A DNA stretch of 60,465 nt. Source: an uncultured Candidatus Sumerlaeota bacterium. Its GTDB lineage: Bacteria; CAYMEV01. The notes beneath the pieces were generated by a model. It ran no database searches and had not been told where the DNA came from. It saw only the letters and a program-made list of their open reading frames with translations. Shown here one piece after another: positions 9,901 to 20,842 of this stretch. Where the stretch lies: assembly GCA_964389675.1 (NCBI GenBank), contig CAYMEV010000021.1:1-60465 (forward strand). The letters run 5' to 3'. Made by a program: the position numbers and the translations under genes. Each line of letters opens with the position of its first letter. The first letter of the stretch is position 1.

Positions 9901-11241
9901 AAGAATGGCATAATAAGGATCGGGGCAAAGGTAAAGCCAGGCGATATTATTGTCGGTAAGGTCACTCCAAAGGGAGAAAGCCAGCTTTCTCCGGAAGAAA
10001 AGCTTCTGAAGGCAATATTTGGAGAAAAGGCAAAGGATGTTAAGAATGCATCGCTTATTTGCCCTCCTGGTGTTGAAGGAACTGTTATTGAGATAAAGGC
10101 CTTTTCAAGGAAGGGTATAGAGCAGGAGGAAGAAAAGACTGAAGAGGAGATTGAGATTCAGAAACTTGAGAAGGACCGCAATGAAGAGCTTAACAATATA
10201 ATAAAAAACACTGAAGATAAACTGAAAAAGGTATATCTCAGGAGAGTCCTCTCTGCCGACCTGATTGACAGCAAAACTTCAGCAGTTCTGATCAAATCCG
10301 GAACCAAGCTTGAAGAAAAGGACCTTGACAGGCTTACAATGGATCATCTCCTGAGCCTTGAAGTGAAGGATTATGAAAAGATCAGGAACCTGGTGGAGGA
10401 GATCAGGAATAACACCGAGGAGCAGCAGCATATAATTCAAACCATCTTTGATTCGAAGATAGCAAAGCTGAGCAAGAGCAGTGAACTTCCTCCCGGGGTT
10501 ATCAAAATAATTAAGGTCTATATTGCAATGAAGAGAAGAATCTCTGCGGGGGACAAGATCGCCGGCAGGCATGGCAATAAGGGTGTTATCTCCATCATAC
10601 TTCCTGAGGAGGATATGCCTTTCCTTCCTGACGGGACCCCGGTTGACTTGGTATTAAACCCGCTTGGTGTCCCTTCAAGAATGAATATTGGCCAGATACT
10701 GGAAGCTCATATAGGCTGGGCGGCAAAAAAGCTGGATATGAAGGTTGCTGTTCCAGTTTTTGAATCACCCGGAGAGGACAGGATTGATGAATACCTGAAG
10801 GAGGCAAATATACATCCAACCGGGCAGACTGCCCTCTATGACGGAAGATCGGGAGACGCTTTTGCAAATACCGTTACTGTCGGATATATGTATATTATGA
10901 AGCTTCATCATCTGGTTGATGAAAAGATGCATGCAAGATCTACCGGCCCATACTCTCTGGTTACCCAGCAGCCTCTGGGAGGAAAAGCACAGTTTGGAGG
11001 CCAAAGGTTCGGAGAGATGGAGGTGTGGGCTCTTGAAGCATACGGAGCTGCTTATAACCTTCAGGAAATGCTGACGGTAAAATCAGACGATGTAGAAGGC
11101 AGAAAAGAGATCTATGAATCTATAGTAAAAGGCAATGTTGAGCTTCTGGCAGGGATACCTGAGTCCTTTTCAGTCCTGCTTAAGGAACTGAAAAGCCTGT
11201 GCCTTGATATGGAATTAATAGAAGAAAATACAAAAAATTGA
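6931..11241 (+). CDS. rpoB: RNA polymerase beta subunit
   Basis: DIDHLGNRR, FMDQTNPL, ETPEGPNIGL, GDKIAGRHGNKG, GGQRFGEME; true start may be ATG 6949. Confidence 0.99.
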   Translation: MGDEIRMDDKRINLGILKSKVDIPDLIAIQRKSYADFLQMDLLPSERKDIGIQGVFKSIFPIRDFSELTELRFISYSIGNWECNCGKEKGLENRRIKCSVCGHLNQPKVGRIKEFTCEGDGCKAVVQNTLPKCRKCHSNVTLKVKYDLLECKDRGKTYSAPMKIKIQLLINKKDEESGVVALDRMIEQEIYIGDIPLMTNKGTFIINGAERVVVSQIQRSSGIFFYASKDKKTSRLHTARIIPYRGSWIEFEFDKKGIIYCRIDKRRKIVATTLLKALGYENDEDIIRAVYDIEEIEIEDQRPYSVLDEKIQYNRKLSYDIYDPNKPDSLIFSAGEDLDVSKIQKMKYYGIKRIPIGVQELQGRYFAADAIDEETGEVLYKSKETIDKPDKFIKNENIKKIYLAKTDNPKLQDLLFLTLKKDAIQTKDEAQIDIYRRIRPGEPPNMEAVRATIEGMFFDINRFDLGDVGRFKINQKFGFQNVDDDKEENRILKKEDVLETVKYLICLWNREGSPDDIDHLGNRRVRRVGEILENQFRVGLVRMERVIKEKLNVQDVDTMAPHDIINAKPIMGIIREFFGSSQLCQFMDQTNPLAELTHKRRISALGPGGLSRDRAGFEVRDVHPTHYGRICPIETPEGPNIGLIVSLSTYANIDKYGFIQTPFFKVRNGEVKIHYIILDTGDSKFKPDEIVERDKFDAVNQKLISEGKRPAKGKIHPFYLNADQEINMAIAQANARVDDSGKLLDDYISCTKNASYVLIPRKEVNYIDISPKQLVSVSTALIPFLEHDDANRALMGSNMQRQAVPLINAEAPIVGTGMEKMAAESSGALVICKRKGIIESVTADRIIVRIAEDARDIQGISDDSELQSDSKIDIYNLLKFKMSNQNTCINQRPIVTAGQEVFPGDILADGVSTEGGELALGKNILVALMPWEGFNYEDAIVMSERLAREEVFTSIHIEEFQIECRDTKLGPEEITADIPGVKEPLLRNLDKNGIIRIGAKVKPGDIIVGKVTPKGESQLSPEEKLLKAIFGEKAKDVKNASLICPPGVEGTVIEIKAFSRKGIEQEEEKTEEEIEIQKLEKDRNEELNNIIKNTEDKLKKVYLRRVLSADLIDSKTSAVLIKSGTKLEEKDLDRLTMDHLLSLEVKDYEKIRNLVEEIRNNTEEQQHIIQTIFDSKIAKLSKSSELPPGVIKIIKVYIAMKRRISAGDKIAGRHGNKGVISIILPEEDMPFLPDGTPVDLVLNPLGVPSRMNIGQILEAHIGWAAKKLDMKVAVPVFESPGEDRIDEYLKEANIHPTGQTALYDGRSGDAFANTVTVGYMYIMKLHHLVDEKMHARSTGPYSLVTQQPLGGKAQFGGQRFGEMEVWALEAYGAAYNLQEMLTVKSDDVEGRKEIYESIVKGNVELLAGIPESFSVLLKELKSLCLDMELIEENTKN

Positions 11242-11293
11242 TAATAGAACTATTTTTTTCTGCGAAAAGCGAAATGAATAGGGAGGGTGAAAT

Positions 11294-14200
11294 TTGAGTA
11301 TATCATTGAATCCAAGAAAGAAAAAATCAAAATCCTTAGACAATATTCAGGCGATGAGGATCAGGATAGCTTCCCCTGAGAAGATACTGTCCTGGTCTCA
11401 CGGAGAGGTTAAGAAACCTGAGACGATAAACTACAGGACATTTAAGCCAGAACCTGATGGTCTGTTCTGTGAAAAGATCTTTGGCCCCAATAAAGATTTT
11501 GAATGCGCCTGCGGCAGATATAAAAGAATGAAGAATGAGGGTGTTGTATGTGAGAAGTGCGGCGTAGAGATCACCAGGTCAAGCGTCAGGAGGGAACGAT
11601 TAGGACATATAAAGCTTGCAAGCCCTGTTTCCCACATCTGGTTTTTCAAAGGCATGCCGAGCATTATATCCCTTATGCTTAATACTTCGATAAGGGACCT
11701 TGAAGCTGTGCTTTACTTTGAAAAATACATTGTTGTGGATCCTGGAGATACCACTATTACGAAGCTTAATAAATGCCAGCTGCTTACTGAGGCAGAGGTC
11801 AGGGAGAAAAAGCTGTCTGTCGGAAATATTTTCAGGGCAGAGATGGGTGCCGGGGCGATCAAGGAGATCCTGAAGGGTATTGACCTTGAAGAGGCAAAAA
11901 AGGATCTCAGCAAGGAGATGAAGAACGAAAAGGGCTCAGACCAGAGAAGAAGGAAAGCTACAAAAAGGCTTAAGATAATAGAAGGCTTTTTAAGTTCAGG
12001 AAATAAGCCTGAATGGATGATACTGGAATATATCCCTGTAATTCCTTCCGAGCTGAGGCCTCTGGTAGCACTTGACGGCGGAAGATTTGCGACAAGCGAC
12101 CTCAACGACCTCTACAGAAGGGTCATAAACAGGAATAACAGGCTTAAGAGGCTTATTGAGCTTAAGGCTCCGGAGATAATACTGAGAAATGAAAAAAGGA
12201 TGCTTCAGGAGGCGGTGGATGCCCTGTTTGATAATGGGCGGAGAGGAAAGGTCCTGAAGGGAGCAAACAAAAGGCCCCTGAAGTCTCTGAGTGATACTCT
12301 GAAAGGAAAGCAGGGCAGGTTCAGGCAGAACCTGCTTGGAAAAAGGGTGGATTATTCAGGAAGGAGTGTCATAGTTGTCGGCCCCAGGCTTAGCCTGTAT
12401 GAATGCGGGCTTCCGAAAAAGATGGCTTTGGAGCTTTTTAAGCCTTTTGTTCTCGAAAAACTTAGAAAATCAGAAAAGATCGCTACGCCGAATATAAGAA
12501 GCGCGCTGGCTGAGATCGACAAAGCTTCTGATATAGTCTGGGATATCCTGGACGATGTTATAAAGGAGCACCCTGTTCTGCTTAACAGGGCCCCAACTCT
12601 TCACAGGCTTGGCATACAGGCTTTTCAGCCGAAGCTTGTCGAGGGTAAGGCGATAAGGCTTCATCCACTCGTCTGTTTTGCCTTTAACGCAGACTTTGAC
12701 GGAGACCAGATGGCGGTCCATCTGCCCCTTTCAATAGAGGCAGTTGCTGAAGCGAGGGTCCTTATGCTCTCATCGCAGAACCTGCTCTCGCCTGCAAATG
12801 GAAATCCCATAACATTCCCGTCTCAGGACATGATACTCGGACTTTATTATCTTACAAAGGGTATGGCAGAACAGCAGGGTGAAGGAATGATATTTGCTGA
12901 TTATGATGAAGTGAAATTTGCTCTGGATAATAAAAAGTTAAATGTGCTTACGAGGATAAAATTCAGGTACAGCGGGAAATATCTGGAGACCAGAATGCTT
13001 GCTGAGAATCAGGAATTAAGTGATGGCATTGAAAAAGAGCTTAATAATCAGCTTATTCAAACTACGGTAGGCAGGGTCCTGCTGAACGAATCCCTGCCGG
13101 ATTCCATACCGTATATAAATACTGTCCTGAAGAAAAAAAGGCTTTCAGCCCTTGTGGCAATGATAGTAAAAAGATGCAGCCATAATGATGTCGTTAAATC
13201 TCTGGATATAATCAAGGAGCTTGGTTTTCACTATTCTACAGTTGCAGGTATATCAATATCCATCAAGGATGTTATCATACCTGAAAATAAGCATGATCTT
13301 ATAAAAGATGCCGAGAAGAAGGTGGCCAGGATAGAGAGAGAAAGAGCAAAAGGGCTCCTTACTGAAAGCGAGAGAAGCAATAATATCATTGATATATGGA
13401 CAGAAGTGAAGGAGAAGGTCTCGAGAGAGCTTATGACCTCCCTGAAAGAATCTGAAACAAGGCTGAAGAAATTTAATCCTCTTTATATAATGCTTGATTC
13501 AGGTTCAAGGGGTTCACAGCTTCAGATAAGCCAGCTTGCAGGAATGAGGGGGCTGATGGCAAAACCATCCGGAGAAATCATAGAAACCCCTATTACAGCA
13601 AATTTCAGGGAAGGGCTTAATGTGATCCAGTATTTCATCAGTACGCATGGTGCAAGAAAGGGGCTTGCTGATACAGCTATTAAAACTGCAGACTCAGGCT
13701 ACCTGACAAGAAAGCTGGTTGATGTTTCTCAGGATGTTGTAGTGAGCGAGAATGACTGCGGAACCATAGAGGGTATTAAGGTAAGCTCAATAGTCGAAAG
13801 CGGGACAATCATCGAGCATCTCTCAGACAGGATATTTGGGAGGGTTGCGCTTGAGGATATTAAAAATCCGTATACCGGTGAAATCATTGTTAAATCCAAT
13901 GAGATAATAGATGCTGATGCTGTTAAAAAGATTAATGACACAAATATTGACAGGATCAAGATAAGGAGTGTACTGACATGCCTTTCTGAAAAGGGTGTAT
14001 GCTCCAGATGCTATGGTATGGACCTTTCAACAGGAAAGCTTGTTGAAGAGGGTGAAGCTGTCGGTATTATAGCAGCCCAGTCAATAGGCGAACCAGGGAC
14101 CCAGCTTACCATGAGGACTTTCCATATCGGTGGTATTGCCAGCAAGGATGTTATAAGGACACATCATATAGCATCAGCAGACGGAAAGGTAATATTTGAG

Positions 14201-15680
14201 AATCTCAGGTTCGTTGAAAGGAAGGTACAGTCGGGTACAGAACTGGTCGCACTTTCAAGGAAAGGAGTTCTCCTTATTGAAGACGAATACGGGAAAATAG
14301 TGGATAAAAAGCCAATAGCCTATGGAACGAAGATATATGTAAAAGAGGGCGATTATGTAGAAAAGGGCTTCAAGCTGGCTGAGTTTGATATCCATTCGAC
14401 TCCGATAATTGCTGAAACATCCGGAATAATCAAGTATCACGACATTGTTGACGGGCAGACCCTCAGGGAGGAATGGGACGAGGTCTCAAACAGGAAAACA
14501 AAGGTTATTGTTGAATCAAAATCTGAGGATATGCAGCCCTATATCCTGATAAGAAAAGATAATGAAAGAACCTATATAAAGGCGAAAGCAAGCGGGATAG
14601 TCAGGCTGAAACATAAGGTTAAAGCAAAGGGTATGAAATCTGCTCCTTTTATTTCCATTGAAGACAGCGTTAAAAAGAATGAAATTTCAGAGACAGAGAT
14701 TCATTTCAACTATGAGCCTGTCGTAAAGGAGGGCGATTTTGTAAAAGCCGGTGACAATATTGCTGAAGAGCTTTTCAATATTTTCATACCTCTTCATTCT
14801 CACCTTGCATTGAATGATGGAGACAGGGTTGAACCCGGGGATATAATTGCGAAAATACCGAGGGAAATGACAAAAACAAAGGATATTACCGGAGGTCTTC
14901 CAAGAATAGTTGAGCTTTTTGAGGCAAGAAAACCCAAAGAATGTGCAGTTTTGAGTGAAATTGAAGGGACTGTCAGGATTGCTGAGGGTATGGTTAAGGG
15001 AAACAGGATTGTGAAGGTTGAATCTGATGATAAGAAGGATATAAAGAAGTATGAAATCCCAAAAACAGCTAATCTCCAGGTCCGTGAAGGTGAGCATGTT
15101 TTTGCAGGTGAAGAGCTGACGGATTATCCTGCAAATCCGCATGATATACTGAGTATCCTGGGAGAAAAAGAACTTGCCAAGTTTCTGGTAAAAGAGATTC
15201 AGAAGGTCTATAAACTTCAGAATGTTGATATCAACGACAAGCATATAGAGATAATAGTAAGGCAGATGATCAAAAAGGTGGAGATAGAGCTTATAGGCGA
15301 TTCCGGTTTCCTTTATGGAGAAAGGGTGAATAAACAGCTCTACAGGAAGGTCAACGAAGAGCTTATGAAGGAAGGAAAGAAGCTGGCATCAGGCAAGCCG
15401 GTACTTATGGGTGTTACGAAGGCTTCTCTTGCATCAGACAGCTTCATAGCATCAGCAAGTTTTCAGGATACGACCAGAGTACTGACCCAGGCTTCCATTA
15501 TGGGTGAGACTGATCATCTGAACGGCCTTAAAGAAAATATTGTAATAGGAAAGCTGATCCCAGCCGGAACGGGGTTCAAGAAATATAAAAAGATAGACAT
15601 AGCTGTCCCACATATAGCTGATGATCTTTTCANNNNNNNNNNNNNNNNNNNNNNNNNNNNNNNNNNNNNNNNNNNNNNNN
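11294..15680 (+). CDS. rpoC: RNA polymerase beta' subunit (3' end probably in the assembly gap 15633-15680)
   Basis: Zn finger CACG/CEKC, catalytic [23 protein letters not shown]; stop position uncertain. Confidence 0.98.
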
Positions 15681-15721
15681 AAGGTCCGCTGAAAACCTTT
15701 CCCGTAAAAAATGGATTTTTG

Positions 15722-15753
15722 GGTGCTGGCCTTATAAGGTCAGCACCGTTTTT
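15722..15753 (+). terminator. Intrinsic terminator after rpoC
   Basis: GGTGCTGGCC-TTATAA-GGTCAGCACC hairpin followed by GTTTTT. Confidence 0.75.
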
Positions 15754-15823
15754 ATTTATGAGCCTTGTTTAAAAATGAGCCTGGAATTGCCATGCATATT
15801 TAAATAAAAGATACATTTTTCTC

Positions 15824-15851
15824 TTGACTTTTTTTATGTTCTAGATAGATT
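15824..15851 (+). promoter_or_regulatory. Putative sigma70 promoter of the rpsL operon
   Basis: TTGACT (15824-15829), 16 bp, TAGATT (15846-15851). Confidence 0.5.
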
Positions 15852-15939
15852 GATTAGACTTTATGAACAAGTTTTCATAAGTAACAGAGATTTATTATAT
15901 AGTTTATATTAAAATATTTGTTATTTGAAGGAGATACAA

Positions 15940-16326
15940 ATGCCGACTTTGAGTCAATTGGTTAGAAAGGGAAGAAAGCAGATGAAGAACAAGACAAAAT
16001 CACCTGCTTTGCAGTCAAATCCCCAGAGAAGGGGTGTATGCACTAAGGTTACAACTACCACGCCAAAAAAGCCTAACTCAGCTTTAAGAAAGATTGCCAG
16101 GGTCAGGCTTATGGGAGGTATTGAGGTTACGGCATATATTCCTGGAATAGGGCATAACCTGCAGGAGCATTCAATTGTCCTGGTACGCGGAGGCAGGGTT
16201 AAAGATCTTCCTGGAGTCCGATACCATATAGTAAGGGGAGTATATGATTCAGAGGGGGTTAAGGATAGAAAAAAGAGCAGGTCCAAGTACGGATCCAAGA
16301 AACCCAAGGCGCAGAAAGCCAATTAA
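15940..16326 (+). CDS. rpsL: 30S ribosomal protein S12
   Basis: [34 protein letters not shown] 15940 after AAGGAG. Confidence 0.99.
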   Translation: MPTLSQLVRKGRKQMKNKTKSPALQSNPQRRGVCTKVTTTTPKKPNSALRKIARVRLMGGIEVTAYIPGIGHNLQEHSIVLVRGGRVKDLPGVRYHIVRGVYDSEGVKDRKKSRSKYGSKKPKAQKAN

Positions 16327-16346
16327 CTGGAGGATAGGAGAGGGAA

Positions 16347-16817
16347 ATGCCAAGAAGAAAATTTAAGCCAAATCCTGAAATAAAGGGCGATGATGTTTAT
16401 AATGAGGTAATAGTGCAGAAGTTTATAAACTGCCTGATGAGAAGGGGAAAAAAGACAGTTGCAGAAAGGATATTTTACGGGACAATGGATTTGATCGAAA
16501 GCAAGGAAAAGGATAATCCCCTTGTAATATTCAAGAAAGCCCTTGAAAATGCAAAGCCACAGCTCGAGGTCAAATCAAAAAGAGTAGGCGGGTCTACCTA
16601 TCAGGTGCCTATGGAAGTTACGAATACGAGACAGAATGCCCTGGCCATAAGGTGGATTATCCAGTATTCTAAAAAAAGGCATGAAAAGGGCATGAAGAAC
16701 AAACTCTATGGTGAGATTATGGATGTTTTTCATAATCGCGGGGCTACAATAAAAAAGAAGGAAGAAACACACAGAATGGCAGAGGCCAATAAGACCTTTG
16801 CACATTACAGGGGTTAG
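16347..16817 (+). CDS. rpsG: 30S ribosomal protein S7
   Basis: RVGGSTYQVP, HRMAEANK. Confidence 0.99.
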   Translation: MPRRKFKPNPEIKGDDVYNEVIVQKFINCLMRRGKKTVAERIFYGTMDLIESKEKDNPLVIFKKALENAKPQLEVKSKRVGGSTYQVPMEVTNTRQNALAIRWIIQYSKKRHEKGMKNKLYGEIMDVFHNRGATIKKKEETHRMAEANKTFAHYRG

Positions 16818-16834
16818 GAATACATTAAAATACA

Positions 16835-18901
16835 ATGAATCTCTCAAAGATCAGAAATATAGGAATTATTGCTCATATAGATGCTGGCAAGACGACCCTT
16901 TCAGAAAGGATCCTTTTCTATACTGGCAAGAACTATAAGATCGGAGAGGTACACACTGGGCAGGCTACAATGGATTTTATGGATCAGGAACAGGAAAGGG
17001 GGATTACGATATATTCAGCAGCCACCACATGCTTCTGGAAGGGATATCAGCTAAATCTGATAGATACTCCCGGCCATGTTGATTTCACGCTCGAAGTTGA
17101 AAGGTCCCTCAGAGTGCTTGATGCTGTGATTGCAGTGTTCTGTGCAGTAGGGGGAGTGCAGTCACAGTCAGAGACAGTCTTCAGGCAGGCCACAAAATTC
17201 CATATACCCAAGATAGCCTTCATAAACAAGATGGACAGGCAGGGTGCAAATTTTTATGATGCGGTTAAAGAAATAGAAGAGAAACTCTTTGTTGAGTGTA
17301 TTATCCTGACAGTACCCTATTATGAGGATGAGGAATTTACCGGTATTATTGATATAATTGAAGACAGGCTTATCCTGTTTGACCAGGAATCCAAAGGAAT
17401 AAAGACAATAGAAAAGCAGGTGCCTGAAAATTACAGGGAAGCTGTTAACAGGTACAAGAACAAAATGCTTGAGAAGCTGGCGGATTGCGATGATTCCTTT
17501 GCTCTGGACTATCTTGAGGAAAAGGATATTGACAAAGACCTTATCCGAAAAACTTTGCGTGAAAATACGGTTAATAATAATATTGTACCTGTTGTGTGCG
17601 GATCTGCGTTCAAGAACAAGGGCATTCAGACCCTTCTTGATGCAGTAGGTTTTTATTTTCCATCACCTGTCGATATACCTCCTACATTGGGATACGCGGA
17701 GGAAGACGGAAAAGAAATTCAGATAAAATCGGACCCGGATGAAGAGTTTTCAGCCCTTGTTTTCAAGATCATAAATGAGCCTTATCTGGGGCGCCTGTTA
17801 TATATACGGATATATTCAGGAAGATTAAAGAAGGGTGACAAGGTTTTCAATTCCACAAAAAGAATATCTCAGAGGGTGTCCCGCATACTCAAGATACATG
17901 CGAACAAGAGAGAGGATGTAAATGAGCTATATGCAGGGGATATAGGAGCTGTATGCGGACTTAGTGATGCTTCTACAGGAAATACGCTTGTATCAGAAAA
18001 CCTCGATATTCAATTTGAAAGCATTAGCCTTCCTGAATCCGTAATATTTGTCGCGGTTGAACCAAAGCGAAAGGTTGATGAGGAAAAGCTGTCAATTGCC
18101 CTTAATAAACTGGCTGCAGAGGATCCATCGCTTACAGTAAGACAGGACAAGGAGACCGGCCAGACACTTATCGGGGGAATGGGAGAACTTCACCTGGAAA
18201 TACTGGTCGAAAGAATAAAAAGGGAATACGGCCTTGAGATTAAGGTGTCAAAACCGAAAATAGCATATAAGGAGACCATTACTGTCAAATCAAAGTCAGA
18301 AGGCAAATATGTAAGGCAAAGCGGTGGCAAAGGCCAGTACGGCCATGTAATAATCAGCATTGAGCCTTCGGAAAGCAATGATATTGAGGTAATAGACAAG
18401 ACAGTGGGAGGATGTATCCCAAGGGAATTCATAAGCTCCATCAAAAACGGGATTATCAGTGCAGCCTCCGAAGGCTGTCTAATGAATTATCCCATGGTGG
18501 GAATAAAGGCTTTAATTCTTGATGGCTCCTATCATGAAGTAGATTCATCCGACCTTAGTTTCTTTATTGCAGGATCAATGGCTTTTAAGAATGCAGTTGC
18601 AAAGGCAAACCCTGTTATGCTGGAACCTGTAATGAAAATGGAGATATGTGTTCCTGAGGAATACCTTGGGACTGTCATAAGCGATCTCCATTCAAAAAGG
18701 AGCAAGATAGTCAGCCTTAATGACAAGAACTACTCAAAGATCGTCATATCAGAGTCCCCCATAGCAAATATGTTCGGCTATTCGACTTCTATCAGAAGCC
18801 TTACTCAGGGAAGGGGGACATTCATGATGCAGTTTCTGAGGTATGATCCGTTGCCTGCTGGAATCTATGATGAACTTATAAAAAGCCGAAAGGCTGTATA
18901 G
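16835..18901 (+). CDS. fusA: Elongation factor G
   Basis: AHIDAGKTT, ERGITI, DTPGHVDF, NKMD, GMGELHL, QSGGKGQYG, GSYHEVDSS. Confidence 0.97.
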   Translation: MNLSKIRNIGIIAHIDAGKTTLSERILFYTGKNYKIGEVHTGQATMDFMDQEQERGITIYSAATTCFWKGYQLNLIDTPGHVDFTLEVERSLRVLDAVIAVFCAVGGVQSQSETVFRQATKFHIPKIAFINKMDRQGANFYDAVKEIEEKLFVECIILTVPYYEDEEFTGIIDIIEDRLILFDQESKGIKTIEKQVPENYREAVNRYKNKMLEKLADCDDSFALDYLEEKDIDKDLIRKTLRENTVNNNIVPVVCGSAFKNKGIQTLLDAVGFYFPSPVDIPPTLGYAEEDGKEIQIKSDPDEEFSALVFKIINEPYLGRLLYIRIYSGRLKKGDKVFNSTKRISQRVSRILKIHANKREDVNELYAGDIGAVCGLSDASTGNTLVSENLDIQFESISLPESVIFVAVEPKRKVDEEKLSIALNKLAAEDPSLTVRQDKETGQTLIGGMGELHLEILVERIKREYGLEIKVSKPKIAYKETITVKSKSEGKYVRQSGGKGQYGHVIISIEPSESNDIEVIDKTVGGCIPREFISSIKNGIISAASEGCLMNYPMVGIKALILDGSYHEVDSSDLSFFIAGSMAFKNAVAKANPVMLEPVMKMEICVPEEYLGTVISDLHSKRSKIVSLNDKNYSKIVISESPIANMFGYSTSIRSLTQGRGTFMMQFLRYDPLPAGIYDELIKSRKAV

Positions 18902-18944
18902 TGATGAAAATTAAATATTATTATAATTAAAGAGGGAAGTGATT

Positions 18945-19250
18945 ATGAACAAAATAAGAATTAGATTAAAGGCATTTGATAATCATATTCTCGATCAGAG
19001 CACAAAAAAGATCGTTAATACTGCCAAGAGGACTGGTGCCAATATTTTAGGGCCGATTCCGCTTCCTACAGAAATCAATAAGATGACTGTACTTAGAGGC
19101 CCGAATATTGATAAGAAATCCAGAGAGCAGTTTGAAATTAGAACACATAAGCGTCTGGTCGATATATTGGATTTAACTCCGAAAACCATTGATGAACTTA
19201 CTCATCTGGAGCTTCCGCCAGGAGTTGATGTTGAGATTAAAACTTTTTGA
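18945..19250 (+). CDS. rpsJ: 30S ribosomal protein S10
   Basis: [29 protein letters not shown]; alternative GTG at 18939. Confidence 0.99.
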   Translation: MNKIRIRLKAFDNHILDQSTKKIVNTAKRTGANILGPIPLPTEINKMTVLRGPNIDKKSREQFEIRTHKRLVDILDLTPKTIDELTHLELPPGVDVEIKTF

Positions 19251-19263
19251 GGAGTGATTTGAG

Positions 19264-19890
19264 ATGACTAAAGGACTATTAGGAAAAAAACTTGGAATGA
19301 CGCAAATTATTGATGAAAACGGGCTCTTTGTACCTGTAACTGTCATCCAGGCCGGGCCTTGTGTTGTTGTTCAGAAAAAGACCATAGATAAGGACGGCTA
19401 CTGGGCTGTGCAGTTAGGGCTTGTCGAGGCAAAACCCAGAAAAAATCCCTCAAATCCCATCAAAGGCCACTTCAAAAAGATAAACATACCCCCGACAAGA
19501 TATCTGAGAGAGATTAGATATACAGAAGAACCTGAGCTGAAAACAGGTGAAAAGATATATGCTGATGTTTTTGAGAAGGGAGAGACCGCAGTTGTTACAG
19601 GGATATCAAAAGGAAAAGGCTTCCAGGGGGTTGTAAAGAGGCATGGCTTTGGCGGTGGCAGGAAAACTCACGGTTCAAGATTTCATAAACAGCCTGGGTC
19701 TATTGGTGCATCAGCCGATCCTTCAAGAGTATACAAGGGCAAAAAAATGCCGGGAAGAACCGGCAATGAGAGAGTTACACTGAAAAGTGTAAAAATTGTG
19801 GAAGTGTCCAAAGACGAGAATTATATCCTTGTCAGAGGAAGCGTCCCAGGAGTAAAAGGATCATATATAACGATCAGGAATAAGAAATAG
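19264..19890 (+). CDS. rplC: 50S ribosomal protein L3
   Basis: GKKLGMTQI, SKGKGFQGVVKRHGF. Confidence 0.99.
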   Translation: MTKGLLGKKLGMTQIIDENGLFVPVTVIQAGPCVVVQKKTIDKDGYWAVQLGLVEAKPRKNPSNPIKGHFKKINIPPTRYLREIRYTEEPELKTGEKIYADVFEKGETAVVTGISKGKGFQGVVKRHGFGGGRKTHGSRFHKQPGSIGASADPSRVYKGKKMPGRTGNERVTLKSVKIVEVSKDENYILVRGSVPGVKGSYITIRNKK

Positions 19891-19901
19891 AGGGTTCTGC
19901 A

Positions 19902-20537
19902 ATGAAAAAAATAGATATTTATGATAAAACAGGTGCTTCTTCGGGTATGTATGAATTTGAAAATGACATTGACCAGATACCCGTAAGAAAGGATTTATAT
20001 AATGACGTAATCAGGTACCAGCTAAGCAAGAGAAGGCAGGGTACGGCCGCTACCAAAACAAGGAAAGATGTAAGGGGAGGAGGGGCCAAACCATACAGGC
20101 AAAAGGGCACAGGAAGGGCAAGGGCAGGAACCCGCCGGTCCCCGTTATGGGTAGGGGGCGGAGTTGTATTCGGGCCCCATCCCAGGGATTATTCTTTCAA
20201 ACTTCCAAAAAAGGTTAGAAAAATCGCCTTAAGGTCCTCAATAGCTCAGAAGCTGGCAGACAATCAGCTGAAGGTAATTGATAAATTCGGTTTTGAGAAA
20301 CCCAGCACCAGGGAATTTGTTAAGCTGCTGAAGAACCTTGAAATTGATAAAAAGGCTCTGGTGGTGCTTACTGAAGAAGAATACAGTGACCCTGCAAATA
20401 TTCTGTCCATGCGAAATGTTCCCAGGCTGGACATACTGCCCTGCACCGGCTTAAACCTTTACAGCATTTTGGACAGCAATACTGTCCTGATTACAAAGGG
20501 CGCACTGGAATGTGTTGAAAAGGAGATACTCAAATGA
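19902..20537 (+). CDS. rplD: 50S ribosomal protein L4
   Basis: KPYRQKGTGRARAG, GGGVVFGP. Confidence 0.99.
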   Translation: MKKIDIYDKTGASSGMYEFENDIDQIPVRKDLYNDVIRYQLSKRRQGTAATKTRKDVRGGGAKPYRQKGTGRARAGTRRSPLWVGGGVVFGPHPRDYSFKLPKKVRKIALRSSIAQKLADNQLKVIDKFGFEKPSTREFVKLLKNLEIDKKALVVLTEEEYSDPANILSMRNVPRLDILPCTGLNLYSILDSNTVLITKGALECVEKEILK

Positions 20538-20824
20538 AACTTCCATTTGATATAATAATAAGTCCGTATATAACGGAAAAAGGCACTAATATTAAGGAAA
20601 GCACAGGCAAGGTAATGTTCAAGGTCGATATTAATTCAAACAAGATAGAGATAAGGAAGGCATGTGAAAGCCTGTTCAATGTCAAAGTCAGGGATGTTAA
20701 TATAATTAAAAGCAAGGGCAAGAAAAAGAGAGTCAGATTCAAGGAAGGAAGGCGCCCTGACTGGAAAAAGGCCATAGTGACCTTGGCTGAAGGAAGCAAG
20801 ATTGAATTCTTTGAGGGAATATAA
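20534..20824 (+). CDS. rplW: 50S ribosomal protein L23
   Basis: PYITEK, WKKAIVTL. Confidence 0.98.
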   Translation: MKLPFDIIISPYITEKGTNIKESTGKVMFKVDINSNKIEIRKACESLFNVKVRDVNIIKSKGKKKRVRFKEGRRPDWKKAIVTLAEGSKIEFFEGI

Positions 20825-20842
20825 TTAAAGGAGCTGTGTGAC

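Noticed and set aside
15633-15772. RpoC C-terminal extension GPLKTFP...FMSLV
   Set aside because: Read through an N-gap and across a terminator hairpin; the real stop is probably in the gap
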